Origin: a virus
Taxonomy: Duplodnaviria > Caudoviricetes
Virus record (IMG/VR): IMGVR_UViG_3300043037_000014
Coordinates: 1 to 43,948 of that record
Length of the DNA stretch: 43,948 nt
Direction: 5' to 3' (one strand)
The position numbers and the translations under genes are program-made. Shown one piece after another: positions 35,030 to 43,948 of this stretch; within the stretch, counting starts at the first letter, position 1, and each line of letters begins with the position of its first letter. The notes below the pieces were generated by a model. It made no database searches, was not told the DNA's origin, and was given only the letters and a program-made list of their open reading frames with translations.

Positions 35030-35449
35030 ATGAGTTGGCTAACAAGTATAATAGGAGGAGTATTTAGTGTAGTTACTGAACCTGTAAAGGAATGGCAACG
35101 AAGAGAAACTCTAAAGGTAGAACAACAAGACAAACAATTAGATAGACAGCATGAACTTAATCTAAAGAAAATAGATGTAGCTTTAGAGTTAGCAAAGCAA
35201 GGACAGAAGATAGAGGCTGATTGGGATACAAATGCACAGCAAGATATGAAAACAAGCTGGAAAGATGAGTATCTAACAGTACTATTTAGCATACCTTTGA
35301 TACTTGCTTTTTTACCACAAACACAAGACGCAGTTTTAAATGGCTTTGAAACATTAGCTAAAACTCCTGAATGGTATACGATGTTGGTTATGGGTATAGT
35401 TGCTGGAGTGTTTGGTCTTAGATGGTTAATTTCAAGAAAAGGCAAGTAA
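35030..35449 (+). CDS. Putative holin (3TM/GTA-holin-like)
   Basis: SWKDEY, PLIL.F.P, PEWY, hydrophobic segments, basic C-terminus; near the endolysin. Confidence 0.7.
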   Translation: MSWLTSIIGGVFSVVTEPVKEWQRRETLKVEQQDKQLDRQHELNLKKIDVALELAKQGQKIEADWDTNAQQDMKTSWKDEYLTVLFSIPLILAFLPQTQDAVLNGFETLAKTPEWYTMLVMGIVAGVFGLRWLISRKGK

Positions 35450-35964
35450 TGAACGAAGAGAGAATACTTAATCAATTATCAGACCACGAAAAGACACTAA
35501 CTCTTATGAGTAAAGTAGTTGAAGATATAAATAAAAATCTTGATAGGTTTGCAAGTGCTAATGAAACACTAACTAAAGAGATGGCAGAGCATTGGCATAT
35601 ACAAGACAAGATAATGACTAAGATGGAAGCTATTCTAGAAAGTATGTCTAAGTATGAAGTTAGGTTTACCAAGATAGAAGATAGACAGATTAATGGTTGT
35701 CCTAACTTCATTAACTTTACAAAAACTAGAGATGAGCAGTTAAAGAGATATGAGAATATCATAGAGAGCTTAACTACTGATGTAAAGCGAAATAGAGAAG
35801 AGATTAATGGTCTTATAAACAGGTGTGATGTAGTAACAGAAAAGATAAGTGTAACCAACAATAGAATTAAAGACCTTGAAGAGTCACAGAAAAAAGGTAT
35901 GTGGTTAATTATCACTGCTTTTCTAGCAATACTAGGTACTTTAATTAAAACGAGTATGGAGTGA
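35449..35964 (+). CDS. Coiled-coil protein with C-terminal transmembrane helix (lysis-associated)
   Basis: TAATG coupling; heptad pattern; GMWLIITAFLAILGTLI. Confidence 0.65.
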   Translation: MNEERILNQLSDHEKTLTLMSKVVEDINKNLDRFASANETLTKEMAEHWHIQDKIMTKMEAILESMSKYEVRFTKIEDRQINGCPNFINFTKTRDEQLKRYENIIESLTTDVKRNREEINGLINRCDVVTEKISVTNNRIKDLEESQKKGMWLIITAFLAILGTLIKTSME

Positions 35965-35967
35965 ATA

Positions 35968-36321
35968 ATGAGTAGATATTTTAAAGATAGTGAACTAGAG
36001 TGTAAGTGTGGGTGTGGTTTAAATAACTTTAGTGATGCTACATTAACAAAGTTTGATATAGCTAGAGAATACGCACAAGTTCCTTTTGTTATTGATAGTG
36101 CTTGTAGATGTGAGAAACATAACAAAGAAGTAGGTGGTAAAAAAGATAGTAGCCACGTGATAGGTAAAGCACTAGATATAAAGGCTACAGATAGTAGAAC
36201 AAGAGCTAGAGTGTTATATGGTTTAGTTATGGCCGGATTTAATAGAATAGGTGTAGCTAAGACATTTATACATGCAGATGATGATGAAACAAAACCTAGC
36301 CAAGTAGTCTGGTTATACTAA
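35968..36321 (+). CDS. Endolysin, peptidase M15 family
   Basis: F...EL.CKCGCG, SACRC.KHN..VGG...SSH..G.A.DI, FIH.D. Confidence 0.92.
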   Translation: MSRYFKDSELECKCGCGLNNFSDATLTKFDIAREYAQVPFVIDSACRCEKHNKEVGGKKDSSHVIGKALDIKATDSRTRARVLYGLVMAGFNRIGVAKTFIHADDDETKPSQVVWLY

Positions 36322-36332
36322 AAGGATAATAA

Positions 36333-38147
36333 GTGATATTAGCACAATATAATGGCGGATTAAATATAAACATAGCTCCACATCTAATTGGTATAAATGA
36401 AGCACAAGTATATACTAATATAGACAATAGCTCAGTTTCACTTAAACCTTTTAATGGTCCGACAGCTACCGCACAGAACTTCGGCAGTGACCAAAGCTTT
36501 ACATATTTTAAAGGACAGTGGATAAGTAACTCATTAGGTACTAGTTATGTTAAGTATAATGATGTATTGTATTATACTACCGGAAATGGCAACCTGATGA
36601 AAACTAAAGACGGTTTATTATTTAAAGAGGTAGGATTAACAGCCCCCGTTACAGCTCCTACCATAGCTAATACCTCTACAGTTAGTTTCTCTTTAGCTAA
36701 TAAAGTAACTGGTGATGTTTCGGATATCCCAGCTGGCTCATATACTTATATATTCTTATACTATACTTCAGACGTTAAGTATAATTATGAGGCCATAGAT
36801 TTTGAATATACTGGCACTCAAGGTATAGAAGCTACTATTTCTGTACCTACTGAAGTTACCAAAGTTATGTTATATAGATTATATGATAGTACTTATAGAC
36901 TAGTTGGCACTTTTGATGGTACTACATTAGATGATACTACTTATGATATTTCATTAAATGCTGCTTATAGTTTCTTACAGTATTCAGAACTAGCTGATGT
37001 AAGACAGTATTGCTATACATTTTATAATATAGATGATGGGATGGAGTCTGCGCCATCACCTGTATCAGAAGAACTTAGTATACTAACTAATTCAGTATAT
37101 ATATCAGATTTAGAAACTACTTTAGAGTCAGCTACTCATATACGTATCTATAGATTAGGTGGAGATTTAAGTAACTTTACATTAGTTGATGAACTAGCTC
37201 TAGGTACTGAAACTTATACAGATACTAAGTCTGATATTGATATAGCTGATAGTGAGTTATTAACCACCCAAGGTTTAAGAAAACCTCCGGAAAATATGAA
37301 CTATTTAACAGAATACTCTTCTACTTTATTTGGTGCTGTTGATAATACGCTATGGTTTAGTGACTCTGGTCTAGTAGATAATTGGTCAGAATATAATTAT
37401 ATAGATTTCCCAGATACTATAACAGGCTTAGGCGCCACACAAAATGGTTTATTAGTGTTTTCTAAGAACCAAACACATATAATTATAGGCACTACTATAG
37501 ATAATTTTGCCAAGATATTGATGCATAATTCACAAGGTTGTGTAGCACACTTAACTATACAATATGTAAATAATGTTTTAATTTGGCAATCATTAGATGG
37601 TATATGTGTATCTAATGGGTCTAGTATAGAACTTATAAGTGAAACTAAATTAGGTAAATTAGATTTATCTCCTATAGCCTCAGCTGTATATGATACTGAG
37701 TACTATCTATTCCATGAAACAGGGTGTTTAATAGTAGAAAAGAATGCAATATTTAAAACTTTAGACCTAATTGTACAAGGAGCTTATTATAGTCCAGATT
37801 TTGACTTATTATACTATATAAACCCAGATGATAATGGTATGTATAGTTTTAATACAGATACAGATAATAAGCTAACTTATACATATAAAACTGGATGGTT
37901 AGCTGATAATGGGCTCACTAATGTTAAAGTATATAAAACTATTTATCTATTTTGTGATGGAGAAATAGAAGTTAAATGTTATATAGATGGGGTATTAGTA
38001 ACCACCCAAACATTAGTTGCTGGGTTTAATGAGTTAAAATTACCTAGTACTTCTTTAAGAGGCTACTATGCTGAATTAGAATTTACAGGGTCAGCTATGC
38101 TTAGAGAAGTAGAGTTTAAAACTGAAGGAAGACAAAATGGCAGGTAA
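36333..38147 (+). CDS. Tail nozzle/stabilisation protein (P22 gp10 / T7 gp12-like) with Ig/FN3-like insert
   Basis: GTG start with AAGGA RBS; GGLN...AP, ESAPSP, L.FSD....W, GC.A..TI, S.DGI, YKTG. Confidence 0.7.
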   Translation: MILAQYNGGLNINIAPHLIGINEAQVYTNIDNSSVSLKPFNGPTATAQNFGSDQSFTYFKGQWISNSLGTSYVKYNDVLYYTTGNGNLMKTKDGLLFKEVGLTAPVTAPTIANTSTVSFSLANKVTGDVSDIPAGSYTYIFLYYTSDVKYNYEAIDFEYTGTQGIEATISVPTEVTKVMLYRLYDSTYRLVGTFDGTTLDDTTYDISLNAAYSFLQYSELADVRQYCYTFYNIDDGMESAPSPVSEELSILTNSVYISDLETTLESATHIRIYRLGGDLSNFTLVDELALGTETYTDTKSDIDIADSELLTTQGLRKPPENMNYLTEYSSTLFGAVDNTLWFSDSGLVDNWSEYNYIDFPDTITGLGATQNGLLVFSKNQTHIIIGTTIDNFAKILMHNSQGCVAHLTIQYVNNVLIWQSLDGICVSNGSSIELISETKLGKLDLSPIASAVYDTEYYLFHETGCLIVEKNAIFKTLDLIVQGAYYSPDFDLLYYINPDDNGMYSFNTDTDNKLTYTYKTGWLADNGLTNVKVYKTIYLFCDGEIEVKCYIDGVLVTTQTLVAGFNELKLPSTSLRGYYAELEFTGSAMLREVEFKTEGRQNGR

Positions 38148-38958
38148 AATACAGATACCGGTTAATTTAGAAGACCCGACAGTATTGAAGAGATTTCTTA
38201 CTAACTTAGTATTAGATTTTAATACTAATCCACTTATAACCGGCACTGCTGAAGAAGTCAATGCTGCGCTATCGCAAGCTTTTGGTGCTGGAGATAGTTC
38301 TTTTCTTGATACTTTAGCTGATATAGCTGATGTACAAACCAAGATTAAAACATATGTTGAGCAGAATGTAGAAACTCTAATAAAGCAAAATACTCAAAAT
38401 ATAGCTTTAGTTGCTGAGCAATTTGGCACATTCTATAATGATGCGCTAGCAGCATCTTGGTATGGTTTAAGTGTAAAAGCTGGAGGAACAGTGGCAGGTT
38501 TAGAAATAGGTTCACTTGACCCTAATACAACTACTCCAGGAGATGAGTCTAGTTATTTTAGAGTTGCTGCAGATAGTTTTTTGGTTGGTAGAGCTTATGA
38601 AGATTTAAGCCAAGAAGAGAAAGACTACTTAGCAGCTAATGGTCTTCCTAACTTTGGTACAGTATACTCAGCAGAAGGTGACCCAGTGCCAGCTTTTTTA
38701 ATTAATTGGGACTCTAACACACAACAATATAATATTTATTTTAATGGTAGAGTCAGCTTTAATAATATGGATACAGGCTTAACAGATGGAAATGGTAATA
38801 CTTTAATAGACGGAGCGTTTATAAAAACAGGTAGCATTACAACAACACAACTAGAAATGGATACTGGATGGGCAGGTGTTATATATAATCAAGGGGGCTC
38901 TGCTGCTAGTTATAGCATGAAAATTGATTTTACTAATGGAGAGATACATATAAAATGA
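38137..38958 (+). CDS. Tail tip protein with a DUF1983/J-like segment
   Basis: Y.L.VKAGG.VAGL.IG, F.V.AD.F.V, PAF.I, IDG..I.TGSIT...L. Confidence 0.6.
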   Translation: MAGKIQIPVNLEDPTVLKRFLTNLVLDFNTNPLITGTAEEVNAALSQAFGAGDSSFLDTLADIADVQTKIKTYVEQNVETLIKQNTQNIALVAEQFGTFYNDALAASWYGLSVKAGGTVAGLEIGSLDPNTTTPGDESSYFRVAADSFLVGRAYEDLSQEEKDYLAANGLPNFGTVYSAEGDPVPAFLINWDSNTQQYNIYFNGRVSFNNMDTGLTDGNGNTLIDGAFIKTGSITTTQLEMDTGWAGVIYNQGGSAASYSMKIDFTNGEIHIK

Positions 38959-40031
38959 GTATTTTTATAGGTAAAGACAATTTAAATAATCCATTATTAC
39001 ATATTACTAAAACATCTAAAAGTGCTAGTGCAATGAAAACTGGAGTTGTATCAGATACAGTGTTTCACAGTGACTTAGGTTATATAGAATACGAAAACTA
39101 TGCATGTACTATTGTAGATAGTGGTGTATCTTATGCTTCAATACCTACAGAAGCTTTAAATCTAATAGTATCTAATAAAAGAATGTATTTCTTTGTTTAT
39201 CAACTATCTTCCGGTGTCTATACACAATATCTTAGCGTTATAGCAAATACTCCTGGAAATGCTTATTTTTATAATAGTGCTCTGAGTGCTTATGGATATT
39301 ATCCATCGTCTACATATTATAGATTAAGATTACCGGTTTCTGGTGTTTTAAGTTGTTATATTTGTATAGTGAACATAGATGATAACGGTTTTATACCTAG
39401 AACATTACCTCAAAATGACATAAAAATAGGCGCAGGAGATTTTATAGTAAAAGGGGTAGATTTGCTTGATTACAAATATATTCAAGGTTCTACTATTAAT
39501 GACCAAGATATAGCTTTTCAGGTTAATAGCAATGAAACTTTCCAGTTAATAAATAGCATACCTAGTGCGGAAACTATTGAGATTAAAGGTTCTCCTATTA
39601 AACAAGAAATACTAAAAGGTAATAAAGTAATATTTACTACAGAAAACACGAGAAATAAGATATTTTATAAAGAAAAGCTGACTAAAGTTGTACCTTATGG
39701 TACTTTTTCTACGTCTTATAGTACAACTTGGGATTATGAATTATTACCGGCTGGAACATTTGCAAATGGAGATATGTTTTTTATTAAATACTTTGCTGAT
39801 GGAAATACAGGTAATGATTTTGAGACTTCTAGTAATATGTTACTATCATATCAAGTTGGAGAGATGCAGCAATTTACGTATGATACTTCTCCTTATTATA
39901 ATGTAAAAGGTTTTTATGTTGGTGACCTTGACGGGAGCTTAACTATAAGGTATAAAGTCACTATTTATGTTGGTGGGAGTGGGACATTAGTCTCTAAAAG
40001 ATATGACTATGACATACATTTATTAAAATAA
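38955..40031 (+). CDS. Putative tail/receptor-binding protein (358 aa)
   Basis: Tyr/Ser/Thr-rich beta protein coupled to the tail tip gene. Confidence 0.5.
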   Translation: MSIFIGKDNLNNPLLHITKTSKSASAMKTGVVSDTVFHSDLGYIEYENYACTIVDSGVSYASIPTEALNLIVSNKRMYFFVYQLSSGVYTQYLSVIANTPGNAYFYNSALSAYGYYPSSTYYRLRLPVSGVLSCYICIVNIDDNGFIPRTLPQNDIKIGAGDFIVKGVDLLDYKYIQGSTINDQDIAFQVNSNETFQLINSIPSAETIEIKGSPIKQEILKGNKVIFTTENTRNKIFYKEKLTKVVPYGTFSTSYSTTWDYELLPAGTFANGDMFFIKYFADGNTGNDFETSSNMLLSYQVGEMQQFTYDTSPYYNVKGFYVGDLDGSLTIRYKVTIYVGGSGTLVSKRYDYDIHLLK

Positions 40032-40032
40032 G

Positions 40033-40066
40033 TTTAATATAAATTTAATATAAATTTAGATATAAT
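40033..40066 (+). promoter_or_regulatory. Promoter of the GNAT/ejection/portal operon
   Basis: TTTAATATAAA x2 then TTTAGATATAAT. Confidence 0.65.
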
Positions 40067-40090
40067 ATAGTAAAATAATAGGATTATATT

Positions 40091-40495
40091 ATGATTAAAA
40101 AAGCTACCTTAGATGATGTAAAAGTTATAACAGAAATGCTTTATGCTATGTATCAAGAAGTTTCACCAGAGATAGTTACTACTGATATTGATGAGTTTGA
40201 ACAGTTAGCTTTAAATCATATATTAAATGATTATGTATATTTTGATAATAGAGGCTTTTTTATAGTTAAAGATGAAACTTTACCTATACATAATAAGAAA
40301 TTTTGGAATGGTGTAGCTGTATATGTTAAACCAGAGTATAGAAGCTCTAAAGCTCTTAAGGAGTACTATGATGTTTTGTTTAATACTTTTGAAGGCACTG
40401 TTATGGGGTTTACAGAAGTAAATAGTTTACATAATAAAGTTTTAATGAAGAGACATAGGCTATTAGGATATGTGTATGAACTTAATAGAAGCTAA
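40091..40495 (+). CDS. GNAT-fold protein
   Basis: MIKKAT.DD...I..M, VYVKPEYRSS. Confidence 0.7.
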   Translation: MIKKATLDDVKVITEMLYAMYQEVSPEIVTTDIDEFEQLALNHILNDYVYFDNRGFFIVKDETLPIHNKKFWNGVAVYVKPEYRSSKALKEYYDVLFNTFEGTVMGFTEVNSLHNKVLMKRHRLLGYVYELNRS

Positions 40496-40841
40496 TTTAT
40501 CACACGCTGAAGTAATAGCTGATATGCATAGAGATGCTTATAAAGAGAAGTTTAATAAAGAACAGTTGAACTATATTGACTTATATCTAGAAGAAACTAT
40601 TAAAGATATAAATACCAAGAAGGTTTTTATTACGGATAACTTTACAGCACTTATAGTTTGTGAAGATAGAACTGACCCATTATTACTAAATTCAACTTAT
40701 CATTTAGTAACTAGAATTTATGTAAAGCCAGAATATAGAGGACAAGGAATAGCTAAGAAATTAGTTAAACATTGTCAAGATACTTTAGGGCCTTTAATGG
40801 GCTGGGACGGTAAGTTTTATAATATAGGAGAAATACAATGA
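40476..40841 (+). CDS. GNAT acetyltransferase
   Basis: IYVKPEYRGQGIAKKLV acetyl-CoA motif A. Confidence 0.82.
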   Translation: MNLIEANLSHAEVIADMHRDAYKEKFNKEQLNYIDLYLEETIKDINTKKVFITDNFTALIVCEDRTDPLLLNSTYHLVTRIYVKPEYRGQGIAKKLVKHCQDTLGPLMGWDGKFYNIGEIQ

Positions 40842-41554
40842 CAGGAGCAATAATAGGTTCTGCTCTTATTGGTGCAGCAAGTTCAGCTAGCTCAGCTAGT
40901 TCAGCTAGTTCAGCAGCTAGTCAACAAGCAGCGGCTAGTCAAGCGGCTACTGATGCTTCATTACAAGCTAGCAGAGAACAACTAGAATTCCAAAAGCAAC
41001 AATATGCAGATTGGGAAAGTATCTTTGGTCCGATACAAGAGAATTTAAGTAGTTATTATCAATCACTTTCACCAGATACTTATGCTGCTATGGGATTACA
41101 AAATCTGCAACAAAGTTATACAACTAGTAAGCAATCTCTAGATAGAGCATTAGCTCAAAGAGGTTTATCTACTAGTGGCGCCGCAGCTCAAGCCTTAACA
41201 GATTTAGAGTCACAGAGAATGTTAGGTGGAGCATCTATCAGACAATCTGCAGCACAAGAAGTAGCCACACAAAAACAAAACTTCTTAGCTTTAGGTTTAG
41301 GCCAAGGTTCTACGTTACAACAAGGAGTTGCAGGAGCTTATGGAAATATAGCTTCAACAAATATGCAAGCTGCTGGTAATGCTATGGCACTGCAAGGTAC
41401 TTATGCTAATCAAGCTGCTAGTGCTTATGCAGGTATAGGGCAATCATTAGGTTCTGGTTTAAGTACTTATATGACTTATAATGCTTTAAATAGGGGTGTA
41501 AACCCTTATGGCTCTGGTATGGCTACGAACCCTCCAGGTTCTTTATTTGGTTAA
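40838..41554 (+). CDS. DNA ejection/pilot protein (P22 gp7-like)
   Basis: AIIGSALIGA.SS.S.AS.A..QQA, QLEFQ.QQY, AQRGL..SG. Confidence 0.75.
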   Translation: MTGAIIGSALIGAASSASSASSASSAASQQAAASQAATDASLQASREQLEFQKQQYADWESIFGPIQENLSSYYQSLSPDTYAAMGLQNLQQSYTTSKQSLDRALAQRGLSTSGAAAQALTDLESQRMLGGASIRQSAAQEVATQKQNFLALGLGQGSTLQQGVAGAYGNIASTNMQAAGNAMALQGTYANQAASAYAGIGQSLGSGLSTYMTYNALNRGVNPYGSGMATNPPGSLFG

Positions 41555-41567
41555 TTAAGGAAATAAT

Positions 41568-43022
41568 ATGTATGGACTAGGACAAGGAATAGCACAGGGT
41601 CTACAGATGGCACAATCTGGTATGCTACAAGCTGAAGATATAAAACAGAATAGAAGAAAAATTCAAATGCAAGAAGCTCAGTTTGCTCAACAAATGCAAC
41701 AAGGGCAGTTAAGTATGCAACAATCTGAGCAGCAAATACAAGCTTTAAAAATGCAAATTGAACAAATGCAAAAAGAAAATGCTAAGAAAGATACATTTAG
41801 CGCATTTGATAGTTTTGAAAGAACTGGTGATACTAAGTTTTTAAATTTAATGAAGAAAAACCCTTTACTGAAACAACAGTTAGATGGTATGGGAACAGCT
41901 AGCTTTTTAAATACTAAAGACTTAACACCTGAGAAACTTAGTGAATTAGGTGTTACAGAAGAGATGTTAAATGACCCAGCTAAAAGAATAGTTATAGCCA
42001 CTTCACCTAATGGTAAAATGGCACCTATTAATTTAATGGAATATTATGCAGCTACTGGTTACATAGATAAAATGGATGCAGACAAGCTAAAGGCTATAGA
42101 GTTAAAGCAAAAAGAAATAGCTCAGAAAACTGAAACTTTGAAGTTTGAAGATATGGAGAAATTTTTAGAAAAACACCCTAATGCTACTTTAGCTGATTAT
42201 CTGAGAACTACTAAAGAAACTAAAACTGCAGTTGAGCAAACAGCTGAATACATAGGTTCTGCATTAGGTGAAGAAGGTAAGACACAATATCTCAAGAAGA
42301 CTGCTGGTATGCTAGAGAAAGAGCCTTCAGCTATTACTGTAGATAAATATAAAACAGCTCAAATTAATGCTATTACTGAAGAGTCTGGAGTATCTAATCT
42401 TTATGATGTAGATGTTAATAAACTTAAAGGTATTAATAAAACTAATATGATGCGTATGGCTAAAGAAGAAGCAGATAAAACTGACATAAGAGAAGATGTT
42501 AAAGCTATGGCAGCATTAGGTACAGCTGCTAAGAAATTAGATGTTGATACATTAAGTAAGTCTACTGGTATAGTTGATGCTACAGTTAAAGAAGCTATGG
42601 ATACGTTAGGTATGGACTTAGATGATGACGTTCTTAAGAATAGTTCTAACTACAATTTAATTGTTAACTCATTTATTAAAGCTTCTATGGGAAGCCAAGT
42701 TACAGGTAATGAGCTTGATAGAATTAAGAAGCAACTAGGTACCGAGTTTAAAGCTGATAATACTGTAAAAATTAAGTTAGCTGAGACACTAGAAAATGCA
42801 GCTAATTCTTATAGTTCTTATAAAACAATAGCTCCTGCTTTATATGCTACTGAAATAAGAGGGAGAGTAAATAGTTTATTAGATGTTGCTAATTATTTAA
42901 GAACTGAGGCTAAAGTAGAAAAAACTAAATCTACTAAACTTGAAACCAAAGAGTGGGAAGGCGTTACTTACTATAAAGACCTAGAAAGTAATACATGGCT
43001 ACCATTGAAAGAAGGTAAGTAA
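41568..43022 (+). CDS. Internal virion/ejection protein (484 aa)
   Basis: GLGQGIAQG start, Gln-rich coiled coil, G.QVT..E..R motif. Confidence 0.65.
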   Translation: MYGLGQGIAQGLQMAQSGMLQAEDIKQNRRKIQMQEAQFAQQMQQGQLSMQQSEQQIQALKMQIEQMQKENAKKDTFSAFDSFERTGDTKFLNLMKKNPLLKQQLDGMGTASFLNTKDLTPEKLSELGVTEEMLNDPAKRIVIATSPNGKMAPINLMEYYAATGYIDKMDADKLKAIELKQKEIAQKTETLKFEDMEKFLEKHPNATLADYLRTTKETKTAVEQTAEYIGSALGEEGKTQYLKKTAGMLEKEPSAITVDKYKTAQINAITEESGVSNLYDVDVNKLKGINKTNMMRMAKEEADKTDIREDVKAMAALGTAAKKLDVDTLSKSTGIVDATVKEAMDTLGMDLDDDVLKNSSNYNLIVNSFIKASMGSQVTGNELDRIKKQLGTEFKADNTVKIKLAETLENAANSYSSYKTIAPALYATEIRGRVNSLLDVANYLRTEAKVEKTKSTKLETKEWEGVTYYKDLESNTWLPLKEGK

Positions 43023-43948
43023 TGAAAGCTGATATTAAAACTTTACAAGATACCTTTAAGATAGGTTATGAAGCTTTTGAGTCATCTAGAAAAGAAGCTA
43101 TGGAGATTATAGATTTATACCATAATAGACAATATACAGATAGCCAACTTAATACATTAGCGGATAGAGGTCAACCAGCTGAAACGTTTAATATTATAAA
43201 GCTTTTTGGTAGAATGTTAATAGGTTATTACTCCACAATAGTTAATAATATAAGAGTTAACCCTACTAAAATAGATGAAGTTTATACAGCCGCTATTTTA
43301 CAAGACCTAACTGACTATGTATTTAGAACTAATAACTTTCAATCTGAAGGGGATAAAATTAAGCTAGATAATATACTTATAGGCTTAATGTGTAGTTATA
43401 TAGATGTTGTAAAAAATGGTGAAACTGATGAATTTGGTAGACCTAAATATGATATTAAAATAAGTCATGTACCAGCTCTAGAAATAGTTTTAGACCCTAT
43501 GAGTAGATTAGATGACTATTCTGACGCCAGATATATTCATAGATTTAAGTGGATAAGTGAAGATGCTTTCGTTAATCTCTTTGGTAAAGAGAAACTTAAA
43601 AATGTAGATGCTTATTATAATCACTTAGAGATTGAAGAAGCCGAGTTTACATATACATATACTAATGAGTTTCATGGAAAGTATAAAACTTATGATAACT
43701 ACTTAGTTGTTCATTCAATTATTACTGATGAAGACGGTAAGACTTGGAGTATTTACTGGTGCGGAAACGAAGAGCTTAGTAAGAAAGAAATTACTTATAA
43801 AGAAGTTAAAAACCCTTATAGAGTACAAAAACTAAATAGCTCAAATAAAACAGAATATTATGGTATCTTTAGAGAGGTTAAATCATCACAACACGCTATT
43901 AACCAAGCCTTGCTTAAAATACAGCTTATGGTGAATACACAGAAAGCT
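43022..43948 (+). CDS. Portal protein, N-terminal part (not in ORF track; runs off the end and continues at base 128)
   Basis: TAATG overlap; MKADIKTLQD...LYHNRQY....L..RGQP...FN.IK...DP.S...DYSDARYI...KW, P22-like portal pattern. Confidence 0.88.
   Translation, partial: MKADIKTLQDTFKIGYEAFESSRKEAMEIIDLYHNRQYTDSQLNTLADRGQPAETFNIIKLFGRMLIGYYSTIVNNIRVNPTKIDEVYTAAILQDLTDYVFRTNNFQSEGDKIKLDNILIGLMCSYIDVVKNGETDEFGRPKYDIKISHVPALEIVLDPMSRLDDYSDARYIHRFKWISEDAFVNLFGKEKLKNVDAYYNHLEIEEAEFTYTYTNEFHGKYKTYDNYLVVHSIITDEDGKTWSIYWCGNEELSKKEITYKEVKNPYRVQKLNSSNKTEYYGIFREVKSSQHAINQALLKIQLMVNTQKA
43822..43948. repeat. 127-bp terminal overlap, identical to 1-127
   Basis: Exact match. Confidence 0.97.

Noticed and set aside
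31757-40031. Diversity-generating retroelement or invertible tail-fibre cassette
   Set aside because: No reverse transcriptase, recombinase or template/variable repeat pair was seen.
945-42001. Short antisense or alternate-frame ORFs in the track (e.g. 945-1136, 1225-1407, 3375-3629, 7897-8220, 12744-12980, 28730-29122, 35017-35475, 35472-36125, 41687-42001)
   Set aside because: They are shadows of well-supported genes, with no RBS or recognisable motifs.
43822-43948. 127-bp terminal repeat as a biological direct terminal repeat
   Set aside because: It falls mid-portal and its length equals a common assembler k-mer, so it shows circularity only.
1-43948. Stop-codon reassignment, tRNA or rRNA genes
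   Set aside because: The standard code gives dense, full-length genes, and I saw no cloverleaf or rRNA-like sequence in the gaps; tRNAscan was not run.

Overview
The window is a complete, circularly permuted genome of an AT-rich (about 30% GC by eye) podovirus-like dsDNA phage, 43,821 bp unique. Bases 1-127 repeat at 43822-43948 as an assembly overlap that cuts the portal gene. Two arms diverge from a repeat-rich non-coding zone at about 24.05-24.7 kb. The minus-strand arm (24026 to 5058) carries small early genes, a prim-pol/SF3 helicase, a RecD/Dda-like helicase, a probable SSB, a compact PolA, dCMP deaminase, 5'-3' exonuclease, DUF5664, a ThyA-like enzyme, DHFR, a DEDD exonuclease, MazG, an ATP-dependent ligase, VRR-NUC and an SNF2-like helicase. 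The plus-strand arm (24712 through the contig end to 5061) carries terminase, scaffold, an N4-gp56-like capsid, tail, lysis, GNAT, ejection and portal genes. I saw no RNA polymerase, integrase, tRNA or CRISPR array. The promoter style (TTTAA tracts then TGnTATAAT, no -35 box) suggests a Campylobacterota host (inference). Strongest leads: (1) a ThyA homologue with Asp at the Asn177 specificity position, predicting a dCMP methylase, clustered with DHFR, dCMP deaminase and two dNTP pyrophosphatases; (2) an HNH-type domain inserted in frame into the 5'-3' exonuclease with no intein or intron signals; (3) a tandem hairpin array behind one of two paralogous basic proteins; (4) apparent strong GATC avoidance. 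All calls come from reading motifs by eye; no searches were run.
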